Shown in pieces: positions 33,359 to 43,238 of a stretch of 64,000 bases of DNA (positions are counted from its first letter, which is position 1; each line of letters starts with the position of its first letter). Location of the stretch: contig CBDDIJ010000003.1 of the NCBI GenBank assembly GCA_965228855.1, positions 2,400,001 through 2,464,000 of the forward strand, written 5' to 3'. The notes under the pieces are model-generated. The model did not search any database and was not told where the DNA came from. It was given only the letters and a program-made list of their open reading frames with translations. The translations under genes were made by a program, and so were the position numbers. The DNA is from Candidatus Obscuribacterales bacterium (GTDB taxonomy: Bacteria > Cyanobacteriota > Vampirovibrionia > Obscuribacterales > Obscuribacteraceae).

Positions 33359-36265
33359 ATGCTCAGCACGATAACCTCCAACTTGAATATCAGAACGCGG
33401 TTATTACTGCTGTGTTTTGGCGTCGCGCTCCCGCTCCTGGCGATCGGAAGCTTTTCGATCTGGAAGCAGTACGGTTCTTTAAAGGATGAAGCGCATCGAG
33501 CCACCTCCTTTCAAGCCGCTATCGCCGCGCGCACGTTGACCCAATGGACCCATTCTCAGATTAGAACGCTCGACGCACTCGCAAATCTGCCCGCCTTGCG
33601 CAAGCTGGATCTGAATGCGTCTAAACCGATTTTCGCCACCGCACTCCAGGCACAACCTGATTGGGAAGAACTCATCCTTGTTAAGCCTGACGGAAATGCG
33701 ATGCTTGCCCTCAGCGCTAAAAACATTGAGAAAAACGTCAACCATCCAGTATGTAATGATCCTGACGCTTTGAGTCAGGTATTGAAGTCGAAGAAAGCTC
33801 TCGTATCTAACTACTGTCATTCGCCCTGGACTGGCAAGCCGGCGTTGCTTGTGATGTCACCTATCATCGAAAAATCCCAGGTGAAGGCGGTATTGGTTGC
33901 AACAATCGAACCACAAGCGGCCTTCAAGATATTCCATGGTTTAACTAAGAACGGCGTCGTCATCACAGTCGTAGATGGCAACCGCAGAGTCGTGACCAGA
34001 ACCTTGCAGAACAATTACTGGCAAGGAAAAGATTTCTCGAGCTCAGTGACCGTAAAAGCAGCTTCCAAGGCTCGTTCCGGCAGTCTCGAAGCTGTCGGTA
34101 TCGCAGACCCGATTGCGCGTGCTTACGCGTTCGATCATGCGGAGAACGATTGGCTACTCATAGTCGGCGTTCCCAAATCAGAAATCTATGGAGCAGCACA
34201 CGATTGGCTTTATACGATGCTCACCATTGCATGCGTGGCGATCGGTATATCAGTTGTGCTCGCATATCTCGTCACATCGCAATTCACCAAAGTAATTCAT
34301 TGTCTGGTTCGCGAAGCACTCTCGATCGGTAAAGGCGATTTCTCTAAGCGAGTGAAGATCGAGACTCGCGACGAGTTTGGTCTGCTTGCCAGAGCCTTCA
34401 ACGAGATGGCAGAGATGCTGCTGTTCGACAAAGAACACAAAGCGATGGTTCAGAAAATTTCAGACTCCATCCGTGAGTCGCTGGACCTAGACGAAATCTT
34501 GAACACAACCGTCCGCGAACTCGGAAAACATCTGGAAGCAAGTCGCTGTTGCCTCGCGCTCTACGATAATCGAGGCACGAAGAACGTTCACGATGACGAA
34601 CTCGTATTCAATTATGTCTGGTGGAACAAGAAGTTGAACGGCAGCCCGCTGCAAAACCATTCCATCTTAATCACGGAAAATAGCGTTCTAAAAAATATCT
34701 TGCGCCAGGGAACGATCATGTCTCTGGATGTTCTCGACGAATCGCAGGCCATGCCGCTTTTCGAAGACGGTCAGACGGTAGCAGACGATTGGAAATCAGT
34801 GCGTTCTTTGATCGCTTGCCCGATCAGCACCAAAGATGGCCCGCTCGGTCTTATTCTGGTTCATCAATGTGATGACCTCCGAGTCTGGTCGGAGTCGGAA
34901 CTCGGGCTCGTACAGGCGATAGCCGGTCAGCTCACCATGGCTATGGAGCACGCGCGCCTGTTTGACAGAACCAAGCGCATGGCCGAGCAAGAAGTGCTCA
35001 TCAACCATATTGTGAAATCAGTGAGAAGCTCACTCGATCTCGACACCATTTTGAACACGGTCACTAGAGAATTGCTCGCAGCACTCGGTGTGGACCGCGT
35101 CCAGATCGCTCAACCGCGGTCGGAGAATCCACTCGTGATCACACACGAGTTCACCGTCGAAGGACTCGAGTCTTGCGTGAGCGCCACGCTCTATCCGGAC
35201 AACTTGGATTTCAATCCCAGAATGTCTTCGCGCATGCAAGGCACCAAGCGTAATACCGTTCTAGGAATCAATCTTGACGGTTTACTCGAGTCTGAAAGTG
35301 AAGATGATGAATCTGCACCTGTAAAACAGAATCAAACCATCGATCAATCAACAACAATTAGAGAAGCACCGATCGCGGTCATTAGTGATGTTGAACGCGA
35401 CAGCCGTTGCATCCCGTTCCAATCATTCGTAGACAAGGTTGGAGCAAAATCTCTGATAGCCGCGCCTCTTCTGCACGAGAGCAGATTGGTTGGACTCCTT
35501 ATCGTTCATCAATGTGCTGGAGCACGCGAGTGGCGACCAATTGATGTTCAGTTGGTTACAGCGATAGCAGACCAGCTCGCAATCGCAATCACGCACGCTC
35601 ATCTGTTCGCCCAGGTTCGCCACCAGGCAATCACCGACGGTCTCACAGGCCTGTTCAATCACGTTTACTTCAAGAACCGTTTGAAAGAAGAACTCAAACT
35701 GGCAGACAGAAAAGGCACGTCTTGCTCGCTTGTGATGATCGACCTCGACAAACTGAAATACATCAACGACAACTTCGGTCACCCGATTGGAGATGCCGCC
35801 ATAAGACAGGTTTCCTCCATTCTGAAAACCATCCTCCGAAGCGGCGACACAGCGGCCCGTTATGGTGGCGAAGAATTCGCAGTCATCCTGCCGGAAACAT
35901 CATTGCTGGAAGCTGCTCTAATTGCAGACCGGCTCTGTACGCAGATTCGCAACGCGCATGTGCCCGGACTCGGTCGCATAACTGCATCGCTTGGTGCGGC
36001 GACTTATCCCAAGCAGGCAATGTCAGCTGAAGAGCTCGTCGACAAAGCGGACCGGGCACTGTACAAATCGAAGCACAGCGGTCGCGATCAGGCGAATATT
36101 TTTGAACCGGAAGAAGGCGAAACAGACTTGCCGAGCCTCGATCACAACGTCGATGGATTCGAGCCCGCCAACACGATGGACATCGTCGTCGAATACATGA
36201 GTACTTCGAGACAACCTTCTGCGCTTCCCAAGCTCGATTTGCCCGGGGAAGATTTGAAGAAATAA
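33359..36265 (+). CDS. Membrane diguanylate cyclase: TM-dCache-TM-HAMP-GAF-GAF-GGDEF
   Basis: RDEFGLLARAFNEMA (HAMP); two SLDLD.IL.T.V GAF domains; ARYGGEEF active site with RSGD I-site. Confidence 0.93.
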   Translation: MLSTITSNLNIRTRLLLLCFGVALPLLAIGSFSIWKQYGSLKDEAHRATSFQAAIAARTLTQWTHSQIRTLDALANLPALRKLDLNASKPIFATALQAQPDWEELILVKPDGNAMLALSAKNIEKNVNHPVCNDPDALSQVLKSKKALVSNYCHSPWTGKPALLVMSPIIEKSQVKAVLVATIEPQAAFKIFHGLTKNGVVITVVDGNRRVVTRTLQNNYWQGKDFSSSVTVKAASKARSGSLEAVGIADPIARAYAFDHAENDWLLIVGVPKSEIYGAAHDWLYTMLTIACVAIGISVVLAYLVTSQFTKVIHCLVREALSIGKGDFSKRVKIETRDEFGLLARAFNEMAEMLLFDKEHKAMVQKISDSIRESLDLDEILNTTVRELGKHLEASRCCLALYDNRGTKNVHDDELVFNYVWWNKKLNGSPLQNHSILITENSVLKNILRQGTIMSLDVLDESQAMPLFEDGQTVADDWKSVRSLIACPISTKDGPLGLILVHQCDDLRVWSESELGLVQAIAGQLTMAMEHARLFDRTKRMAEQEVLINHIVKSVRSSLDLDTILNTVTRELLAALGVDRVQIAQPRSENPLVITHEFTVEGLESCVSATLYPDNLDFNPRMSSRMQGTKRNTVLGINLDGLLESESEDDESAPVKQNQTIDQSTTIREAPIAVISDVERDSRCIPFQSFVDKVGAKSLIAAPLLHESRLVGLLIVHQCAGAREWRPIDVQLVTAIADQLAIAITHAHLFAQVRHQAITDGLTGLFNHVYFKNRLKEELKLADRKGTSCSLVMIDLDKLKYINDNFGHPIGDAAIRQVSSILKTILRSGDTAARYGGEEFAVILPETSLLEAALIADRLCTQIRNAHVPGLGRITASLGAATYPKQAMSAEELVDKADRALYKSKHSGRDQANIFEPEEGETDLPSLDHNVDGFEPANTMDIVVEYMSTSRQPSALPKLDLPGEDLKK

Positions 36266-36266
36266 C

Positions 36267-36956
36267 GTGAACAGACTGGTTCTTTTCGACATCGATGAGA
36301 CAATGATCTCCTCCGACGGAGCCGGCAGGCGGGCCATCGGTCGGGCGCTCTGCGACATCTTCGGTATCGATACAAGCAAGATGACATTGCGCATGTCAGG
36401 AAAAACCGATCCGCAAATTTTGTCTGAGATTTTGAAACTAGCAGACAAAATGGAAGAAGACTTCGAGCATTTAAAAGAAGAGATGTTCAGAGTCTACCTG
36501 ACCCTCTTGCAAGAAGAAATCAATAACGCCGGTTATTACATCGTTCATCCTGGCGTGTATGAAATCCTCGATGCGCTGCATGCTCATGAAACAGGCTATC
36601 TCGGATTGCTCACAGGAAACATCGAAGATGGTGCGCGGCTGAAACTAAACCGATTTGATTTAAACAAATACTTCCCACTCGGTGCCTACGGAAGTGATTC
36701 TGCCAATAGAAACGATCTGCCGCAGATTGCGACGGAACGGGCTCGCAAGCATTTCAACGTAGAGTTTAAACCGGAGCAGGTCGTGATCATAGGCGACAGC
36801 ATCTACGATGTTCTCTGCGCCAAAGGGTACGGAGCCAGGAGCATCGCGGTGAACACCGGGGCCACGCCCAAAGCCGACCTGGTAGAACAAAATCCTGACT
36901 TTCTGTTCGACAACCTTTCAGATACGAAAGCCGTTCTCGACGCCATCTTCGCCTGA
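36267..36956 (+). CDS. HAD-family hydrolase (phosphoglycolate-phosphatase-like)
   Basis: LFDIDETM, LLTGN, IIGDS..D. Confidence 0.9.
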   Translation: MNRLVLFDIDETMISSDGAGRRAIGRALCDIFGIDTSKMTLRMSGKTDPQILSEILKLADKMEEDFEHLKEEMFRVYLTLLQEEINNAGYYIVHPGVYEILDALHAHETGYLGLLTGNIEDGARLKLNRFDLNKYFPLGAYGSDSANRNDLPQIATERARKHFNVEFKPEQVVIIGDSIYDVLCAKGYGARSIAVNTGATPKADLVEQNPDFLFDNLSDTKAVLDAIFA

Positions 36957-37017
36957 TTTAAACTTGAGCTTTTGTGGATGATAGAGAAGGAAATCTTCCT
37001 TCTTCGAGATTAACCAC

Positions 37018-39615
37018 ATGAAGTATGACGAACTCGTCGAAGCGCTGCCCCTGTGGCTGGACGCCATGTACGGCAATGCGCCGATTGACAAGGACGGGTG
37101 CGAAGAGTTCGTTGAAGCGGTCTATGCGGCGAACAATCTGAATAAACCACTGGTCGTCTGGTGCAAGAGTTTCTTTCAACTCACGGCAATAGTGCTCGGC
37201 TGGACCGCAGATAATGACTTTCTTCCGGTATACGAATGCGCGAAGAACGACGACCTGGATACTAAAAACATCTGGCGCCAGCTTGTCATCGACATAGAAG
37301 ATCAAGGTCTGAAAGAGAAATTTGCCGTACTAGCCGCGTCAAGATCCGGTTCAAGCAGCGCCACTTTCGAACCGGTAGATCTTCAAACTGTCATTGACTC
37401 CTATCTCAAAAGACGTGACGAGGAACTGCGCGACGATTTTGATTTTGATTACACTGATGTGCGCCCCTATTTCGACGAGCTTTTCCCGCGAGCGTCGAGG
37501 AAAGTCAACCTGCATGGTCTTACACATGCTCAAGCTATACGACAAGTGAGAGAAGACCTTCTGGCGACTGAAGAAACAAATTCGGGCGTCGGACTGACGG
37601 CGAGATGGTCTAAACCTGCAGCACCCTCCCAAACAGAAACTGATGCTGGCGATTTCGGCTCGTTCCTGACTCTGGCGGATTCGATAAAGAAGAAAATTCT
37701 TGATTTGAAGAGTGAAACCGATCCGACGATCTACATAGAGACCGAGATACTTCAACTGAGCGACTTACATTTACACGGACCTCAGCTTGCGTTTCTGAAC
37801 TTCATCAGAAGTTCATTAGCTGATCTGCAAAAGTATGGCTCCATCAAAAATGCTAGAAACATTCCATTTGGTTGTCTGCTTTTTCCTCAAGTTGCTCTGG
37901 TTTGCGAGCAGCCTGTCTCCTGGAGCGTTGACGACAAAGGCAGAGCATCTGATATCAATGACGGTGCCATCGCATTTGGGGATGGTTTCAAATATTTTCT
38001 GGTTAACGGCAGGGAAGTTAGTCCCAGTCTCATACGCATGCCACATCCGGTCACCCGCTCAGATCTCGAGAAAGAACCCGATGCGTTCTTCAAGCAGATT
38101 CTTTTCCAAAAGCTCGGTCTTGAGTGCTACTTGAAAGAAGGTGGCGTTCAAGTAGTGAGCCAGAGCGCTAATGGTCGCCTATACCGGGAAGAAGTAGCAG
38201 AGCAGGAACCGCTAGCTGTTTTAGAACTACTAGAAGACGGCATCAGCAGGTTTGTCGAAGTTTCGGCCGAATGCACCACAGTTTCAGATGCGCAAGCTTG
38301 GCTCAGTACGCACCAGACAACAAAAGTTCCAACCGATTCCCGCGATCAGATATTGAACTCCGTGATCGATAGATGGAAGTCTCGCGTACTGTCAACAGCG
38401 CCAGTGAACAGAGAGGACATTACGAGCGGCGTCAATGCCTTATACGAGTTTGCTGGTCTGCCGTCGCCTCGCATCGTCATCTGCCAATCGCCATGGCAAC
38501 TTACAATGATGCCCGCAGTGATAACAAAGTTGCCCGGTCGAAATCTGAAAGACCTTATTGAAATCGAACCAACATTTGAGAATCGATGGACGTCCCTGTA
38601 CAGCCAGATCGAAAAAGAATTCGAAATGCCGCTCAGTAAAATGGATGAGAGCTACTCAGACCACTCAATCGGCAAATTCGCCCCTGTTACACGAGGACTT
38701 CGTCCAACCTTCTTTCGTTTCGAATCCGTAGTAAAATCGGACTTGCCTTACTTACTGCCTGAGAAGATCTACCAGAGTTTGCTTCTCGACCAGCAGAGGT
38801 TCTTCGCATCTATTCTGCAAAACGTTCTGCACACCTATCAATTCGTAACGTTAGCCGATACCAGATTTGGTGACAAGGATTGTTTCGGAGAAATGCTGAG
38901 TAATTTGTCGTTCCGCTGGATGGCCAAAGAATTCTATTCACAACGAATGGAACCTTCCAGAATAGACAATCAGCACGTCAGCAACTTCATTTCAACACCA
39001 TTTGATGAGCAGGTCGTTGCTTATGATTTGTTGGGTAAAATTTCCAACGACCTTACCCCAAGAGATTTTGCCAGTCTTGACCGTTGGCTGCGGATTGTCG
39101 AGGCAGCACCTAACTATATGTTTTTTGAAAGAACATGTTTTGTTTGCGATCGTCCGACGCAACTTCGACTCGATGACAATCTGCGACTCCACAACGAGGA
39201 TGGACCGGCATTCGCATTCGCAGATGGCGCCGCAGGTTTCGCTTACCACGGCGTCGGCGTCCCGGCCAACGTCATTACCCACAAGGATGACATAACGGTA
39301 GAGGCGATAAAAAACGAGCAAAATATAGAACACAGAACGGTCATGATGTCGCTGTATGGTGAAAGCAGATTTCTTCTCGATTCCGGAGCCGATCTGATTG
39401 ATGAGGATGAATGCGGCACTCTTTACAGAGCGCATCTCTCAGATGATGAGCCCCTGGTGATGGTCCGAGTCAAAGATCCAACGCCTTCAAAGCACGGCAC
39501 TATGGGAACTTATTATCTGCGCGTGCCACCACATATGGAGACAGCGAAGCAAGCGGTCGCATGGACATTTGGATTTGAAAGTCCATGTGACTACGCCCCC
39601 GAGATTGAGACGTAG
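37018..39615 (+). CDS. DUF6745-family protein with two tandem units
   Basis: Repeated P.IV.C.S..QL, C..P....D...(LH)..DG.A..F.DG; C-terminal YYLRVPP...TAKQAVAWTFG. Confidence 0.75.
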   Translation: MKYDELVEALPLWLDAMYGNAPIDKDGCEEFVEAVYAANNLNKPLVVWCKSFFQLTAIVLGWTADNDFLPVYECAKNDDLDTKNIWRQLVIDIEDQGLKEKFAVLAASRSGSSSATFEPVDLQTVIDSYLKRRDEELRDDFDFDYTDVRPYFDELFPRASRKVNLHGLTHAQAIRQVREDLLATEETNSGVGLTARWSKPAAPSQTETDAGDFGSFLTLADSIKKKILDLKSETDPTIYIETEILQLSDLHLHGPQLAFLNFIRSSLADLQKYGSIKNARNIPFGCLLFPQVALVCEQPVSWSVDDKGRASDINDGAIAFGDGFKYFLVNGREVSPSLIRMPHPVTRSDLEKEPDAFFKQILFQKLGLECYLKEGGVQVVSQSANGRLYREEVAEQEPLAVLELLEDGISRFVEVSAECTTVSDAQAWLSTHQTTKVPTDSRDQILNSVIDRWKSRVLSTAPVNREDITSGVNALYEFAGLPSPRIVICQSPWQLTMMPAVITKLPGRNLKDLIEIEPTFENRWTSLYSQIEKEFEMPLSKMDESYSDHSIGKFAPVTRGLRPTFFRFESVVKSDLPYLLPEKIYQSLLLDQQRFFASILQNVLHTYQFVTLADTRFGDKDCFGEMLSNLSFRWMAKEFYSQRMEPSRIDNQHVSNFISTPFDEQVVAYDLLGKISNDLTPRDFASLDRWLRIVEAAPNYMFFERTCFVCDRPTQLRLDDNLRLHNEDGPAFAFADGAAGFAYHGVGVPANVITHKDDITVEAIKNEQNIEHRTVMMSLYGESRFLLDSGADLIDEDECGTLYRAHLSDDEPLVMVRVKDPTPSKHGTMGTYYLRVPPHMETAKQAVAWTFGFESPCDYAPEIET

Positions 39616-40012
39616 AACGTTTCACGAAGGACCTGGTAGTGCGAGTGAAACCGATAGACGGCAAACCATGGCAGAGACGTTCATATAAACGATCACAGGA
39701 CGATCAAGAGTTTTAAAATCACTAGTAATTCGGATACACATTCAAAACTTGGGAACGCCTGAAATTCCGCGAAGTTTCCAAGGGACACCTCACATCCGTT
39801 TCATCCCCCGAAAGTCCGAATGGTTGGGCATTTAGCTGGGCCGACACGCCTCTTCGCTTGACAATAAAATGAGCGAATGTTCATGGAACATGTTGGGACC
39901 ACCCGCGTCTTTGGGTTTGTGAGTGATGCATCCCGAACATGATCACTGACACGACGAAAGGTTAACGAAAAAGGCAAAGCTGAATCTCCCCCTCCAGCTG
40001 CGCCCCAAGGAA
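39616..40012 (+). pseudogene. Decayed full-length copy of the downstream 40179-40568 gene
   Basis: ATGGAACATGTTGGGACCACCCGCG(39883) vs GTGGATCATGTGGTGGGAAACAAACGCG(40458); KVNEKGKAESPPPAA vs QVENEGKDRAQKPAA; FKSL-like segment near 39711. Confidence 0.65.
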
Positions 40013-40048
40013 GGATTTCTTCCCGCGTCCGACACGCGAACGTGCCAC

Positions 40049-40097
40049 CTAGAACGCCCTAAGCACTACTAATGGTGCCAGGGGCGTTCTAGTTTTT
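40049..40097 (+). terminator. Intrinsic terminator
   Basis: CTAGAACGCCC...GCAC..GTGC...GGGCGTTCTAG-TTTTT. Confidence 0.8.
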
Positions 40098-40178
40098 GGC
40101 GTGTTATATTGAACTCATCAGCGTTTCCGTAATTCAAGGTGCCTCGTCGAGATGTTGATGGAGAGAATAGAAAAAGCC

Positions 40179-40568
40179 ATGAACCGTAGAAAGACCTTCG
40201 CAATAATGCTCGCGGTATTCGCTTTACTGAGTTCGGGAGCCTATGCAGCAGACAAGAAAAAAGATTCGGAAAAAAAACCATCCAAGGAAATTACGCTGAA
40301 AGAATTTAAGTCATTAAAAGCAGGCTCGCCTGTCTCCGAATTATTTGACCGTTTTGGCCAACCGGAAAAGGACATCGGCAGCGGCATTCACATCTATCAA
40401 TACAGATTGTCAGACGATTCGCTAATTCAAGTCGGCTGTGTCGAAAACATTTTCTATGTGGATCATGTGGTGGGAAACAAACGCGAGCGCCTCTCAGGAA
40501 AAACCGCTGAGCAGGTAGAAAACGAAGGGAAAGACAGAGCCCAAAAACCGGCTGCGAAGAAAGACTAG
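40179..40568 (+). CDS. Small exported protein (BamE/SmpA-like fold possible)
   Basis: Signal peptide MNRRKTFAIMLAVFALLSSGAYA; LKAG..V.ELF..FGQPEKDIGSGIHIYQY. Confidence 0.75.
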   Translation: MNRRKTFAIMLAVFALLSSGAYAADKKKDSEKKPSKEITLKEFKSLKAGSPVSELFDRFGQPEKDIGSGIHIYQYRLSDDSLIQVGCVENIFYVDHVVGNKRERLSGKTAEQVENEGKDRAQKPAAKKD

Positions 40569-40598
40569 ACATTCAAAAAAGTCTCAGTCAGCAAGCAT

Positions 40599-41699
40599 CT
40601 AAAAGAATTCGACAGAGTAATTCTTGCGAGTCGCAACGGAGCGGTAAAGTCCATCTGGCACGCCATCAGGTTTTTCACTAAAGAAATCAGTCGCGATTTG
40701 AACAATTTCACCTGGAGAAAATTGACGAACTCCATTGTGTACTTTCAACGACTCATGAGATTCGCTCACGCCAAGCGGATCATCAATGAGAAACGGAGGG
40801 ATGTCCTTTCCGATAGCTTCAATGAAAGCACCGGTGTGTAAAACTCGAGTCATGAGTCCGGGCTTCAAAACTATGTTGGGCTGCGGGTCCGTAATACCCA
40901 ACTCAAGAAGCGGTTCCAAACTAGACATTTTGAATTTGACCTTATCGAAATTGAGGTCATCCATGCGCTTGAGCAGTGCGAGACCGTCGAAGAAGGCCTC
41001 ACGAGTGTTCCAAGCCCACTCAAATACTTCTAGTGTGCGATTGACGCGATCTTTGATGTTCCAGAGAATGTAACCGTCGTCATGCTTGAACCCACATACT
41101 AATCGCTCCGGATGGCTCAGCAAGCGCCGCCACTGAAGGTCTCCGCGCTTGATACTGAGATTGCTTTGCTTGATCCAGTTTTCGTGAATCGGTTTCAAAG
41201 GATCATAATGATCGAGATGGTGACGCTTATATCTTGTGGCATCGCCGGTATCCGGCAGCGCGCGCAAATCTATCTCGACATGGTACTGCATATCCGTTAC
41301 TTCATAACCCATGCGCTGGTAAAACGGATAGGAGAACGGCCAGAGCGCAGTCAACGGAACGCGCTTACGATGCGACTCTTGCAAACACGCCTTCAGACAT
41401 CGTCGAATCAAACTCCTGCGCCTGTGCGCGGGATCCGCAGCCACAGCCGACACCCCCGCACAGGGAACAAGCTGCTCGCCCAGCCACATTTGAAAGTTTG
41501 CTATCCCAACGACTGCCACCAGATAATCATCGGTGTAGGCACCCATGGCTGTGTCGAGGAATGAGTCATAAAACGTCGTCCACCGGTCGCGGTCCATAAA
41601 GCCGAAGGACAGGGACCAGATATCAATCGCCCGAGAGAGATCACTGGGCTCCACCGGTTTGACAACATATTCGCCTGTTACTGCTTTTGTAGTGGTCAT
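40599..41699 (-). CDS. Eis-like GNAT acetyltransferase
   Basis: AGVSAVAADPAHRRRSL, ALWPFSYPFYQRMGYE. Confidence 0.88.
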   Translation of the reverse strand: MTTTKAVTGEYVVKPVEPSDLSRAIDIWSLSFGFMDRDRWTTFYDSFLDTAMGAYTDDYLVAVVGIANFQMWLGEQLVPCAGVSAVAADPAHRRRSLIRRCLKACLQESHRKRVPLTALWPFSYPFYQRMGYEVTDMQYHVEIDLRALPDTGDATRYKRHHLDHYDPLKPIHENWIKQSNLSIKRGDLQWRRLLSHPERLVCGFKHDDGYILWNIKDRVNRTLEVFEWAWNTREAFFDGLALLKRMDDLNFDKVKFKMSSLEPLLELGITDPQPNIVLKPGLMTRVLHTGAFIEAIGKDIPPFLIDDPLGVSESHESLKVHNGVRQFSPGEIVQIATDFFSEKPDGVPDGLYRSVATRKNYSVEFF

Positions 41700-41877
41700 C
41701 TGAGAACGGTCCTCAGAAACTTCGGTCAGGAAGGGATACACAATATCTAGTCAAGGAGTCCATTTTATACCACTCAATCTATATAATTTATCGATGCAAC
41801 TTTATGAATCAAACAGGAGCTTTCGCTCGGTTTGTCTGCATAACTGGTAAGGGACAGCAAGTCCCAAGGAGTTCCGG

Positions 41878-42459
41878 GTGACTGAGCAAAGACGATTCCG
41901 TGGCAATCAAAGACGAGTCACAGCCTATATAGGGCTGGGTTCAAATGAGGGCGACAGAGTCGGCTACATCCAGCAAGCCGTGCAATTGCTCAAGGACATC
42001 GGCAAAATCAAGGTTCTTGAGTGCTCCAGCCTATACGAGACAGAGCCAATCGGCGACGAGTACACCGATTGGTTCGTGAATGCCGTGCTGGTAGTGGAGA
42101 CGGAACTCACATGCGAAGAATTGCTCGATGTGCTCAAAGACATCGAAAGCCGTCTCGAACAGATGAATAAAGCCAACGAACCGAAAGGTTACCGCCCGGA
42201 AAAACGAAACGGGCGAGTACGATTCATTGACCTCGACATCCTCTTCTTCGGCAACGAGGTGCTCGAAACCTCATACTTACACATTCCGCATCCACGTGTT
42301 CATAGACGAGCATTTGCCCTGGTTCCACTTCTGGAAATAGCACCGGATTTGGTGCACCCCTCTTTAAATAAAACAGTTGCGACTCTCCATGAGGAGCTCC
42401 CAGAGCCGGAACAAGTATTCCTCTACGGTACACGCAGACCGGATGAATGTCATGGATGA
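41878..42459 (+). CDS. folK: 2-amino-4-hydroxy-6-hydroxymethyldihydropteridine diphosphokinase
   Basis: AYIGLGSN.GD, SSLYETEP, FVNAV, IDLDIL, IPHPR..RAF.LVPL; SD AAGGAG before GTG. Confidence 0.95.
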   Translation: MTEQRRFRGNQRRVTAYIGLGSNEGDRVGYIQQAVQLLKDIGKIKVLECSSLYETEPIGDEYTDWFVNAVLVVETELTCEELLDVLKDIESRLEQMNKANEPKGYRPEKRNGRVRFIDLDILFFGNEVLETSYLHIPHPRVHRRAFALVPLLEIAPDLVHPSLNKTVATLHEELPEPEQVFLYGTRRPDECHG

Positions 42460-42940
42460 CAGCGCCGACGCCCGGGAAGAAGAAGAAAAAGAACTAAACT
42501 CAGCACTGGGCAATCAAAGCTCTTCACTGATGAAACAGATGCCCGGGATGAATTCGGCAGACTTTCCTCAGCTCCGAGTAGGAGTCGACATTTGCTCAGT
42601 ACCAAGAATTATTGAGGCACACAAGCGCTTTGGCGACAGATTTCTTCGACGAGTGCTTACCCCTGGTGAGATCGAGTATTGCAAAAGTGCGGAGCGCCAC
42701 ATGTACGTCCGCATCGCCGGACGGTTCGCAGCCAAAGAAGCGGTCGTAAAAGTACTGGGCACAGGCTGGGTCGGCGTGGGCTGGCAGGAAGTCGAGATCA
42801 AGCGTAAGCCTAGCGGAGAGCCCAGACTGACCTTGTATGGTCGCGCCGTCGCTCGCGCGGACATGCTCGCACTCCGACACTTTGAAGTAAGCATGAGTCA
42901 TGAAAAGGAATTTGCGGTGGCGTTCGTGGTGGCATACTGA
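42452..42940 (+). CDS. acpS: Holo-ACP synthase with an N-terminal extension; start uncertain
   Basis: VGVDI...RFL.RVLT..E...AGRFAAKEA.VK.LGTG...SGEP...SMSHE. Confidence 0.92.
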   Translation: MDDSADAREEEEKELNSALGNQSSSLMKQMPGMNSADFPQLRVGVDICSVPRIIEAHKRFGDRFLRRVLTPGEIEYCKSAERHMYVRIAGRFAAKEAVVKVLGTGWVGVGWQEVEIKRKPSGEPRLTLYGRAVARADMLALRHFEVSMSHEKEFAVAFVVAY

Positions 42941-43110
42941 CCGGACAGAACTTCCGTTAACCGGCCAGTCAATTTGTTTCGTTTAAAACTGCACACTGGA
43001 ACCTAACTGTTCGGTTGCGAAAAGTGAACGAATTGGCGCTTGTGCCAGTCGCAAACTTTCAGATGCTCTTCATTCCGAAAAGCACACTGGTACTGAATTT
43101 AGGGAAGCTA
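42941..43110 (+). pseudogene. Decayed copy of the acpS 3' half
   Basis: CCGGAC 42717/42941; GCCAGTCGC..GATGCTCTTCATTCCGA(43044) vs GCCGTCGC..CATGCTCGCACTCCGA(42845). Confidence 0.55.
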
Positions 43111-43238
43111 GTCTGTTCGACAAACTCGCCCATTTTGGAAAATAGGCGACCGATAGTTGTTTGGGTTTCACGCAAATATCATCTTGATCATCTATCAATG
43201 GGAATAAGAAAAAAAGAAGCCCTCTGAGATCAACCCCG

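Noticed and set aside
39655..40010. c-di-GMP-I riboswitch-like GGCAAA motifs (near 39660 and 39973) upstream of a terminator
   Set aside because: No GNRA tetraloop and no GACGCAAAGC segment; the region is better explained as a ghost of 40179-40568
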